A DNA stretch of 64,000 bases. It comes from Heptranchias perlo (lineage: Eukaryota). The stretch is taken from NCBI RefSeq assembly GCF_035084215.1, contig NC_090333.1:28954001-29018000 (forward strand), given 5' to 3'. The notes below the pieces were generated by a model, which was not told the origin of the DNA, did not search any database, and saw only the letters and a program-made list of their open reading frames with translations. The position numbers were made by a program, and so were the translations under genes. Shown here one piece after another: positions 10,901-23,600 of the stretch (within the stretch, counting starts at the first letter, position 1; the number at the start of each line of letters is the position of its first letter).

Positions 10901-13900
10901 GGCCCATCGTGTCCGCGCCGGCCATCAAGCCCTGTCTAATCTAATCCCATATTCCAGCATTTGGTCCGTAGCCTTGTATGCTATGGCATTTCAAGTGCTC
11001 ATCCAAATGCTTCTTGAATGTTGTGAGGGTTCCTGCCTCCACAACCCTTTCAGGCAGTGAGTTCCAGACTCCAACCACCCTCTGGGTGAAAAAGTTCTTT
11101 CTCAAATCCCCTCTAAACCTCCTGCCTTTTACCTTGAATCTATGCCCCCTTGTTATAGAACCCTCAACGAAGGGAAAAAGCTCCTTAGTATCCATCCTAT
11201 CTATGCCCCTCATAATTTTGTACACCTCAATCGTGTCCCCCCTCAGCCTCCTCTGCTCCAAGGAAAACAAACCCAATCTTCCCAGTGTCTCTTCATAGCT
11301 GAAGCGCTCCAGCCCTGGTAACATCCTGGTGAATCTCCTCTGCACCCTCTCCAAAGCGATCACAAACTACTTGTAGTGTGGCGACCAGAACTGCACACAG
11401 TACTCCAGCTGTGGCCTAACCAGTGTTTTATACAGCTCCATCATAACCTCCCTGCTCCTATACTCCATGCCTCGGCTAACAAAGGCAAGTATCCCATATG
11501 CCTTCTTTACCACCTTATCTACCTGTTCCGCCGCCTTCAGGGATCTGTGAACTTGCACACCAAGATCCCTCTGACCCTCTGTCTTGCCTAGGGTCCTCCC
11601 ATTCATTGTGTATTCCCTTGCCTTGTTAGTCCCTCCAAAGTGCATCACCTCGCACTTTTCCGGGTTAAATTCCATTTGCCACTGTTCCGCCCATCTGACC
11701 AACCCATCTATATCGTCCTGCAGACTGAGGCTATCCTCCTCGCTATTTACCACCCTACCAATTTTTGTATCATCAGCGAACTTACTGATCATACCTTTTA
11801 CATTCATATCCAAGTCGTTAATGTAGACCACAAACAGCAAGGGACCCAGCACCGATCCCTGTGGTACCCCACTGGCCACAGGCTTCCAGTCACAAAAACA
11901 ACCTTCGACCATCACCCTCTGCCTTCTGCCACTAAGCCAGTTTTGTATCCAAAGTGCCAAGGATTCCATGGGCTTGTACCTTCTTGACCAGTCTCCTGTG
12001 CGGGACTTTATCGAAGGCTTTCCATGTCATTGGGCTTTTATGAAAAAGGTTTGATGATTCCCCTTTTCCCCCCTTAAGAAAAAAGTGATTTTTCTATGCT
12101 CTTTTAGGTCCTTCCTATCAACATCAGAAACATTCTCCAGTGCAAAAGAAGACAGGCAGCCTACTCCCCGTGGTGTTCTGTAACTCACTGCCAGGATATG
12201 CCCCCCTCTCCCCGGCAAATCACTCACCTTGCAGTTTTCCCTTCCCTCAAAGTAAGCTTATGGTCTCCCCCAGTCTCAGTGCCTCCTCCTGTGGCCAGCT
12301 GATACTGGAGATCTCTGTGGAGAAGCTTGCATCCTACCACTCTTGGTCAGACCTGGAGTATGTTTAATTTTATACATCTACGTGCGTCTGTGTAAAACAG
12401 TGACAATTTACAAACAAATAACTTTTTTAAGAATTTAGATTTGGATTAAAGGCTTCAGGGTACAAAAAGGTAGATTGATGTCAGCTTATTACTTTTAGAT
12501 TTTATATATTACTTTTTCAAATTTCTGAATTTTCTTTGGCAAATATAAATGGCTTTGAAGTGATTTATAGTATTTTGCTGCACCTGAGCTATTTTAGGTG
12601 TATATTTGGAAGCAAAATATTTGGAACGAGAATTTTTTGTGTTCAGGATAATGTCATATAGAAAATAGATGGAAATGAGTTAAAAGGGAGTGTTTCTGTT
12701 AAAGGGAGCAGATGGTTTATATAAAAAATAAAGGATCATGATTACAATGCCATAATCCACCTTATAAACAGGGAGAGCAGTGAACTGCTTCAATAGGTTA
12801 CAGTATAACTTATTTGCTAATCCATGTTATATATGTTAAGGAAAGAGGATATTAATCAGATTGATTGCGTAACAGTTCATCATGATTTGACTTGCTCAGT
12901 GTGTATTATTTCATGTACTTGAAATTTGAATTGGGAGTTTTGTCTCATTTCTGCCTTTGCTCTCATGTAAATTTTCCCGGATTTATCCTTGAGTCTTCTC
13001 ATTACTTTGTGTCTTCCTAAGCCTCTGACTGTATTTCATAAGACTGATTGCTTCAGATCACCCTTTGAAAGTGTCCCACTATGTAGTCACTATGTACAGA
13101 GGGCTTCACTGAATAACACGAGCAGCTGAGAATGACTCTAGATAGTGGGTCAAAACATTTTGGAGGAGTTTACACACAATACCAAAGATTGAAGTAAATT
13201 GGAAAATTAATTTATCATGTGTAAATTTCAGTAATCCAGTAACTTTTTCAAAAACATATACCTATGTAAATATTTTATATTCAGCTTTAAAACAAGACAA
13301 GTAAAGATGTAGAAGAGTTGATATTTTGCATTTAAGGAACAGAGGCTTGTCTTGGTGGAGCTAGTGCCCCCTGCAATCCCTCATGGCTTGTTCAAAGGGT
13401 TGCTATCTGAATCAGATTTAAGTGGTTCACCAGCCAGTTTCTCACAAATACTGCACTTTTCTGTTAAGCAGTGTTGAAAGGACTCTGGGCAAATCTTTGA
13501 GTTGATTACAATCTGTCTGGAAAGTAACCCGTAGTTTTTGTTGAATACGTGCCCAGGAGACCTCAGTGCATTGTGTATTCTCTTGCAGCATTCACACTGC
13601 TGCACAAAGTAAGAATTTTTTTTTTATTGAGGGCAAACATATTAAGATAATGTTAAGGAAATCTCTTGCCACTTTGGATTCCATGGGGTTTATTTTTCAA
13701 GTTTGTTAAATAGTTTTTAAATATTATATGTTGGAACAAAAACAACCTTTGGAAAGACAAAGCCCTATTTTAATTTTAATTTAAGTTTTAATTTTAGCCA
13801 TTGGTAGTGCCAGAATTTTGCTATAATGAATGATCCAGTGTGTTCTATGGTAGAATAGAGCACAAAACATACAAGATAAAGCATTGGGCAATGGGTCCAA

Positions 13901-16900
13901 CATTGATATTACTGAATCATTCATCGTGTAGTTAGAACTACAAGTTACGTTTAAAAATAAATTAAAGATGTATTCAGGTGATGCAATAAACTGCAGGAAC
14001 AAAATTTGGAATGGTCAGTTACCTAAGCACTGAATCATGTGATGTTTTTAAACACACTGTATCCTGTGTAATTCTTTGTAATTGTGGAGTTTGCAGAAGC
14101 ATTTTTATTACATCTTTGGTGGAGCTTTTCTTTTGCTAAAGTCTGGTGCCATGGTGGACAGTAAGAGATTGCAACTATGGTAAACTCATGATTTGAACTG
14201 GCATGCTGTTGTACTACCTGATTTGTATTAAAGCGATGTTGAGTTTTCTTTCACTACTATACTGGGAATAGCATAAAAATAAAAGTAGAAAGTGCACTGC
14301 CTGAGGGAGTGGTGGAGGCAAATTCAACCTTTCTATGCTGGAAAGACACAAGAGGTCCATCAGTATTTGAAAAGAGAAAAGACAGGTTACCATTTTGGGT
14401 ATAGATTCTTCATCAGAACTCATTCTGAAAAATGATCTACACCAGGACATAAAGCAGTCTTTTCTCTTCTTATTTAGTATTGTCTATTTTTATTTCAGGT
14501 TTCCAGCCTTTGTAGTTAACTTGCTTTTTTTTAGTATATAGACTGTAACTGTGATGATAGGACCTTTACCAATTATAACCTATCATGTACACATGATCAC
14601 CAGAAATGAGGCTGTCCAACAGCTCCAAGAAACTGGCAAAGATATGTCGCAAATTTGGATGAGTTACATGTCATAATTTAGCATCAATCTTAGAGTTGTT
14701 CCTAATGCCATTTGACAGGTTCTTCCTAATTGGTTTCAACTAAAAGTTCACACACAAACGCATGAGACTTTGTGAAAAGAAAGCTCAATAGTTCAGTCTC
14801 TTAATTGCTCAACTAACCATTTAGTTCCTTTTCTTGGTTCTAGAGTAGCCAGGTTCTTTTGTTATTTTAATCTGAATAAAATATTTTCAAAGTATCCAGG
14901 TACTCAACGTGTACTAAAAACTTCTCTAGTTAGTCATTTGAACTGTAATAACAGTCCTGTCTTTGGCTTCTGTACTTTGGTTGACCTTTACCTAAAGCTT
15001 TTTCTGTGAATGAGGGAAACAGCAATTAGTTCTCATATAGACTTCTTTTCTCAGCAGAGTGGAGGAAAATAACAGGAATTGATTGCAAGCTGATTAGATT
15101 CCTAATCATGTTGCAGTCAATGTTATGAATAAAGGCCCTTTGGTTCATTTGATCTCATCCTTGGGGCCTCCTGGGGGTTGCCTGATCTCCTTTGAGGGGC
15201 AGAGAGGAATATGTGGCATAGGTTCCTGAATTGCCTCTCCCAGGAGATGGTGGTGGAGGGAGAGATAGATGAGTGGAAATACAGGGATAAGTCGAGTAAG
15301 AAATGGGGTGAGCGCTTTTGGCCCTGGTGACCTTTTGTCATTCTGAGTACATGACATAACATAACAGCCCTACCTATCTCATTCTTACAGAATACAGTGT
15401 TTCTTAAATGTGTCTTGGCTTCAAACACCCTTCCTGGCAACCAGTCCAGTTGCTCTCTGTCTCTGCCATAGGTTTGATTCCTAGAAGATGGAGGTCCATA
15501 TTATAAAAATGCCCATAGTTCATTATTAAATTGACAGTGTCACCCAGAAAGGTAACAAGATGGCCAGTGTGGGAAATACAAAAAAAACCACACTCCTGTG
15601 GTGCCCTTCTGTCAATGCTTTGTAGAAGGAGCTTTACTTTGTATCGAACCTCTGCTGTACATGGTCTGGGAGTGCAAATGCTTGTAGTGGGGGGAAGGAG
15701 GTCAAAAAGTCACAAAACGTTCCATTTCTCAGGGTGGAGATTACCCCTGCCCATCCAGTTGGAGTTACAATTTAGTTTAAATCTTAGATTAGTTAATCCT
15801 ACAAGAAATGAATTAAAATCGATTACAAATGCATATATAAGGGAATTACTCCATAATCAATCTACTGGGCCTAAATTTTAACCCGGAAGAATGGGTGGGT
15901 TGGGGGCCGGGGGGGGGCAGTAAAAATTTTAAAATTCTAAAATCCGACCCAACCTGCCTTCAACCTGCCCATTTCCGGTTTTAACAGAGGCGGGACGATG
16001 GGCGGGCAACTAACCCACTCTTAGGAGTCGGGTCGGTCACTGAAAGGAGGCTGCGGGCCTCCTTTTTTACAGCTTTTTTATTTTTAACCTCTGGGGGCCG
16101 GGATTCCCGGGCCTTCTACTCCATGCCATTTAACAGGAGGCGAGAAGGCTCGAAACTGCAGCTAAGTGCCTTTGTAGCACTGCTTGTGGGCCTGGAGGAG
16201 CAGGAGTGCTTCCCCTCAGGCCCAACAAACCTACCTGCAGTGACCGCTCCGACCCCCCCCCCCTCCCCCCCACGATCTTCGACCCTCCCCGTGACTCCCA
16301 TCCCCCACATGTCTCCCAACCCCCCCCCCCGATGACTCCCAACCCCTGATGACTCTGGACCCCCACCAATGACTTCCAACGCCCCCCCCCCAATGATTCC
16401 GGACCCCCCGCTGAATACTCCTGACCTCCAATGACTCCGGACCCCCCCCCAATGACTCCCGATTCCCCTCGATGAATTCAGACCCCGATGACTACGGACC
16501 ACCCCCTCGATGACTCCTTAACACCCACCCCCCCCCCCGATGACTACGGACCACCCCCCCCCCCCCCATGACTCCCAACCCCGATGATTCCAGACTCCCA
16601 CTGATAGATACCTCCAGACCCCGAACCCCTCCCAATGATTCCCGACCCACGATGATTCCCGACCCACCCCTGAAAACTCTGGACCACCAATGACTCCCGA
16701 CCTCGGGCCCCCCCCCGATGACCCCCGACCCCAACGACTCCTGACCGATTCCCCCGAACCCAACCCCCCACCATGGCTGATCCCCCCCCCATCCAAGACT
16801 TACCTTCTCGCATCCACTTCCTAGCTCTTCTCCCGTCTGACTGACAGCCAGCCTGTCAGTCAGCCTGGCCTGTCAGGCAGGAAACTGACAAAAAAAAGAC

Positions 16901-17591
16901 ATCCTTATGTCAAAATCATAAGGACCTTCGGGAAACCCGTACTTCCGAGTTTCCCTTCAGGAATCCCCCCAGCTCCGTGTTAAAATTTAGGCCCTGATCC
17001 CAGCAGAGAACCGCACTCAGGGAGCACAGGTTGGAGAATTTAGGATATAACATTTTATCCCATTCTCTGACCTGAGCTGCCTTTGAGCTCAGCTTTCCTA
17101 CTAGGCATGCAGGATTTCATAATCAGTCTTTTGTGATTACACATGGAATTTTACGTACTTCAGGAGAACATGCGTATGCAGATACACGGGAGAGACTAGA
17201 GAAGGTTAAGGGGAAATATAATGGTGATGTTTATAATTATATGGGGATTTGATAGAGTAAATAGGGAGAAACTGTTTCCATTGGCAGGAGAGTCAGTAAT
17301 CAGAGGACACAGATTTAAGATAATTGGCAAAAGAACCAGAGGGGAGATGAGGAGAATTTATTTTTTAACAAGGCGAGTTGTTATGATCTGGAATGCCCTG
17401 CCTGAAAGGGTGGTGGAAGCCGATTCAATAGTAACTTTCAAAAGGGAATTGAATATATTCTGTGTTTGAAAAGGAAAAATTTGCAGGGCTATGGGGAAAG
17501 AGCAGTGACGTGGGACTAATTGGATAGCTCGCCCAAAGAGCCGGCACAGGCATGATGGGCCGAATGGCCTCATTTTGTGCAGTATGATTCT

Positions 17592-17629
<38 letters not shown>

Positions 17630-20600
17630 TAGGCCCAGCATACGTCAAAACCAAGCGGCCTGAGGATCTCCTAATTAATATATATATATAATGGTGTTAT
17701 TAAGGTCTGCTAAATATAAAACTTTGTTAAATATGCATTACCAATTATACGTGTCTGAGTATGTCTGTATCTGTAATTATTTTAATATAATACAAATGAT
17801 ACATCTAGTGTACACACACTCCACATATCATCCTGTTTTAATCCTACATTCTTCTGAATTACAGCTTCAAAATGACAACCACCTGCCAAGCTTCAAAATT
17901 CCTTAACCAAACAATTATACACTGAGTGACCTCAGTCCGTGTTAGTTTAAGAATTAGACTTTCTGCCCTTAAAGGGACACAGTGCCACCGTAGCACTGTA
18001 ATACATTGTGCATTATATAACATTACACCCCTGGTATGAAATACATATGAAACACTTCATCATCCAAGTGATCCTGAGCAGCACCACACATGTGTGTGTA
18101 TTGTCTTTATTTTGCTGGTTCTCTCTCACTTTCTTTCTGTTTCTGCCTGTTCTTTTCTACTTGTCTCCCTGTCCTCCTTTACATTTCTCTCACTCTTTGT
18201 CTTCTTTTCTGGATCTTTCTTTATCATGTCTTTTGTTCTTTTTGCCTCCTGTCCCTTTTCTTCTTTTGCCTGCTCTTTCCTTTCTTTTCGACACCCAAAG
18301 GAGCAGGCTGTTGGAGTGGGAAGCCCAGCAGCCAAGTCCTGAGGGAGCAGGGAACTTGGGAAGCAGCAGCTAAGTTCCTAGGGAGCAGCCCAGGCGGGAA
18401 AGATAGGGAATGGTTCTGTGGCAGTGATGGGTTACCTTAATGTATACTTTCCATTCCTAATCAGTACTAATGATGAAATTCCTTCTTATGAGTGAAACTT
18501 TATGAGAAAGGACTCCTTGCACATTGAATAGGGCTATCAACTAAGAGTGCCTGAAAAGGCTACTCATATAAATTGAGCTCTAGATTATGACTGGCTAATT
18601 TAAACCATAAAGACTGTGAAACAAGGCCACTTGACAGTTCAGAGTTAAAGTGTGCAACTCAACTCCTAACCAGATGATTAAAGCTTCAAGTAATCTGAAT
18701 ACTTATCGCATAGTCACATTTTTAATTTTCTTAATCATTTCGGTGAACTATTTGTGTTTATCAAGGTGAGGGATGTTGATGCTGAGAAGCTGAATATGTT
18801 TATCTTATTTTCCCCACAATGTCAGCATCAGACATTGAGGGCAGGTGTAGCATGGGTTAGATGCAGAATAAAGCTACACGGCTCCCAACAATCACCATAA
18901 CCCCAATTTCAGAAGAGACTCAGAGTGACCTTTCATTTCTCACACTCGGCATCCGTGTGACCGTTGTGAGTGAGATTTAGTGACGATTACTGCTGAATTT
19001 GGCCGAAACTCACATTCCAGTTATGCATGTTCTTATCAGGTGAACCACATTAATATAATATAAGGGCCGATTCAGCAATGGTGGACATGCGTTCCAGGAG
19101 TACATCTCACTGTACCAGCCAAGTAGGCCCAAATGCCCTATTCGTGCAGCGCCAAAGTTGATCAGCTGCAAATGTAGCCAATTTTTAGAGACATTGCATA
19201 GAGCATGTAAATGCCACATTAACCCCACAATTTTAGGCAATCCTATGCAAATTGGTCCTATGCCAAAATCAGCAATCTTTCTTTTTCATCTGTTCACTCT
19301 ACTTACCCTTATGTAATGGGGGCTGCTGGGATTTCCTGCTCTGGTCTTTTGGAGTCTGATTCTAAAGATGTGATTAACAGTTTAGCATTGTGTTTAAAGT
19401 TTTTTTTTGCTTTTCACATAGCTATATCTGTATTATCTTTGGTGCACTACTTGCTGCTTATATTTGCCGCTGCATTTTCAATGTAAGACTCCTTTTGCAG
19501 ATACCCTATTCCCAAAGTAACTACATTAGCAGCAACCACAGTGTTCAACACAGGAATTCTATTGGGCATTCCAACACCAATGCAGGATTTGAAGCAGGAA
19601 GAAAAGACGGGAGTGATTGCACCTCAGGTGTGTGGTATCCACTTGGCCACAGAGGTGGAAAGCAAATAAAACAAAGATAATGGCTCCACCCAATTCTTAT
19701 AGAAAATATAATTAGCATGCTAAGGCAGCGATTCTATTGTTTGGATAGATTGGGAAGGGATTGTTCTATGGTCCCAACAAGGTGTTGAAAATTGTCTGCA
19801 TCTACTGTATATTGCACAATATTGCCATCCAGAGAGGGGTAACTGTAAGCAAGGTAGTGAGAATGGGTAGTCTAAAGCCTTGATAGAGGAAGAGGAGAAC
19901 GAAGAAGAGATGGTTGAGGGTGATATGTAGCCAGGGAGATTGGTGCTTCAATGATTGATTGATTGAACTTTTACTTGACTTTGGAAGTGTATGTCTGCAT
20001 GAGCAGTCGTGTGGTTTTGTGCACAATATACTGGCCCCATGAACAACAAACTTTGCCTAATCATCAACGCTGCTTCCACCATCATACATGACGATCAACC
20101 CATCGAACGATACATTAATAAGTCCCATCTGAAAATAAATCTTTAAACAACATTCAAAAGAATGTGTAACCAGTTTGTTTCCCTACATTGTTTTGTGTAT
20201 GTTCTCTTCCTGTTTGCTTTTCCAGTACTTGCCTTTGATGAGAGTGTATGGCATCTCCTACATAATCTCATGCTCCTTCTAAGTGCTACCTCAGTGGTGG
20301 CAGTCTGCTGTTCCTCAATGGGCCTCATGACAAGGCCATGGTGCTGTATTTCTTTGTGCTGGGTCATCAAGTTGTCCTGCAACTTCTATCTTTGCTCTCT
20401 CTTTCCCCAACCATCTGGATGATCTTCTACTTGACACTTCTTCAGTCGTCTGAGAGAGCCAGCTGGATTGGGTAGATCTGGCATCACCCTTAGAGGGAGC
20501 TACCTCATCCATGTCATCTCCTGTCATGCCCTGGCTGTTGGAGATTCATTACAGATGACCAGGGATCTATGTAGAATCAGACCTCTGGCCACCATTTAGG

Positions 20601-23600
20601 AGTATGAAGCCCGTCGACAAGGTTATCTCAGGCAATACCCCACTTTAGCTGGGGTTCTTGAATTGGCCGTAGAACAATCCAGAGAAAGTAGGGAAAATAA
20701 AAACACATAACGGAATTTTCATGTCAGGATCATCGTTTGTGTACAGAGAATTTGGCAGATTACGAATGTATACTTACAACCACTTTAGCCTGAGTCCCAT
20801 TTTCCAGGCTGTGTGTGGGTTGGTTAGAGGCATAATTGCATCACATCTGTTGGTCCAGGGGGAGGGAACCAGGAATGCAAAGATTAGCAGATCTGTTCTT
20901 CAATTATTAAAAATATAGCTGGGAATGGCCATGAAGCAGTAATTTAATCTACTCTTGAAATCTCACCCATGTGTCTGTTATTTTTTTATAAAATGTACTG
21001 CAGTGATCTTTTGAGGTGACATTATTCCATATTAGGTCAGTTTTGTGTCAGCACCAGGTATCAATGTTGACAGTTATATGCTTTATTCTATGTGAGTGTA
21101 TGTAAAAACACATATAGAACAAAGCATATGTATCCTAATTCCTTACTAGGACAGTTTTATATATATATATATATATACACATATATATATGTACACTGAT
21201 TATTAATACTCACTCAAAAGAGGAATAAAGAACTATTTACAGATGGTCAAACAGTTGATGGCATACTACTGTAGTGTTCTGCGTTACAATATAGATCTAC
21301 GGAAGGCTTAGGGAAAAGAGGGAATGAGCAACTTTAATTCGAATTTGTGGCTTTTTGGCAAAAAAGAAGAGGATATGTAAATGAGTTGTTGGAAAAACTA
21401 CTGAGTGAGAAAAGAAAATGCTGGCCATCTGAGCTCAAGCATTGAAAGGTTTGGATGGAGGGAATAATAGAGCCAAGGGACCATTGTTAGAGAGAAGAAA
21501 AGAGAAGGCTGGAAGAGGAGCTGGCTGCACTGAAGCTGAGTTCGAGGGGGTACGTGTTTAGTATTAGATTTGCAACTTAAAGGAGCTTAAATAAGCAGAG
21601 ATTTTTCGATGGAGGATGAAGGCTGATGCCAGTCCAGTGCCTGAAGTTGGAATCATCTATTGCTTGGGAAATTTTGAATCAGAAAGATTCCGCATTTCTT
21701 TGTGGGGGGGGAGGGAAGAGAAATTTAATAACTTTTAAGTTTTTAGTAAGACAATGTGTTATCAACATGAGATAATTTAATTTAGTTTTGTTGTCTCTGT
21801 TTTGACTATAACCAAACAAAATGAACTTGGAAAATGCTGGAAATACACAGCAGGTCAGATCAGCATCTGTAAAGACAAAATGCAAGTTTTTTATGTAAAC
21901 AAATTGAATATTTTAGCTTCCTATCAAATTTTTCTGACAAAAACCGTGATGGAGGGAACAAAACAAACCATTTCCACCCAATGTAAAAGTTGTGTAAACA
22001 TATCAAAAACTTGCAGTAAAATGGCGTGAACTGTACTGTGTCTTTTTGTTTTTGGATGTAGAACACCGTTATACAAATTGTTGAAATAAATCTCAAACCC
22101 ATCTGAAGTGTGTATATTTTTAAAAAATCTCACAGAAAATGAGTCCTTAATAAAACCCTTTCTTCAAAAAATTAAAATTACCCCTTTGAATTTAATTTTT
22201 GCCCATATTATGTTACACCCCTTCACAGGTATAAACTGTTGGACTGAATTTTGTCAAAAATTGAATGGCTAATGCAGACCGTGACTTAGATTCATCCCAT
22301 GACATCATTGTGGAACATATACTATAAACTATCTATTACATTGTACCATACACCATATACAAACCCAGTGAGTGGTCATCTACTAATGAAATACAGCAGT
22401 AAGTAGGCTTTAGATTCATACCTTCATAAAATCCCCTTCAACACAGAAAACAAGTATTATCTAGAAATGATTTGCCATTGATTACTTGGGAGTTCTGTAA
22501 CTGCCTTTTATAATATAATTTCATACAAATTGGAGGAAAGATGGAGGTTCATTTGCCTAATGAATACCTTTGAATTGATTGATTACTACTGTAATAGAAG
22601 ATACTCAGTACGCATAAAGGAAATGTTTTTATTTTCATGAATAAGGCTAAGGCATGAATTACTAATCTAGGCTGACTTCAATATAAAGAGTGAGTGATTT
22701 ATATTCCCTTGAGTATAGAAGATTGAGGGGTGATCTGATTGAGGTGTTTAAAATGTTAATAGGATTCAATAGAGTACATACAGAAAACTATTTTCTCTGG
22801 TGGGGGAATCAAGAACCAGGGGACATAAACTTAAGATTAAAGCTAGGTGATTCAGGAGCGAAATCAGGAAGCACTTTTTCACACAAAGCTGGAATTCTCT
22901 CCCCCAAAAGGCTGTGGATGCTGGGATAATTGGACCTTTTAAAACTGAGATTGATAGATTTTTGTTAGGTAAAGGTATTAAGTGATATGGAGCATAGGTG
23001 GGTAAATGGAGATGAGATACAGATCAGCTGTGATCTAATTGAATGTCAGAGCAGGCTCGAAGGGCTGAATGGCCTACTGCTGTTCCTATGACAGTCTGCA
23101 TCATGTGTAGAACTGAAAATTATATTCCACAGGGAAGCATCGAGCTTTGTTTTTCATGATACTACATGTAGTTTGATATATACCTGAACAGGTAGATACG
23201 TCTCATCTGAATCTGCAGTATTTCCTCAGTACTGTACTGAAGTGTCAGCCTAGATTATGCGCTCAAGCCCTGAAGTAGAGTTTGAACCCAAAACCTTTAG
23301 CCTCCAACTGAGCCAAGCTGACATAAAGAGGAGAGTAGCATGGAAATAGTTCCCATTTTTATTTTCCGCCTCTGTACTTTATGGGGTAACACACTGCTAT
23401 CTGCTTTGTGACTTTCCCTGAGATGTAAAATCAGGCTGTGAAATTGTGTCCTACCACTCCACACCATTGGCCCCAGGATTGTGCCCTCCAACACTAACCC
23501 CTGTTGGGGTTTGCAGGGTCAGTGGGAGGATATCTCATTTACATGGTACCGGGAGGGAGGCAGAAATGCCATTTGGGTACTTCTTTGGCTCTCACCTGCC

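Noticed and set aside
16116-16813. Gly-rich minus-strand ORFs
   Set aside because: Translations of the C-rich minisatellite inside a MITE.
19830-20760. Possible decayed transposase remnant in intron 2
   Set aside because: Composition differs from the flanks, but I could not recover a convincing DDE motif or termini by eye; a translated search against transposase profiles would decide.
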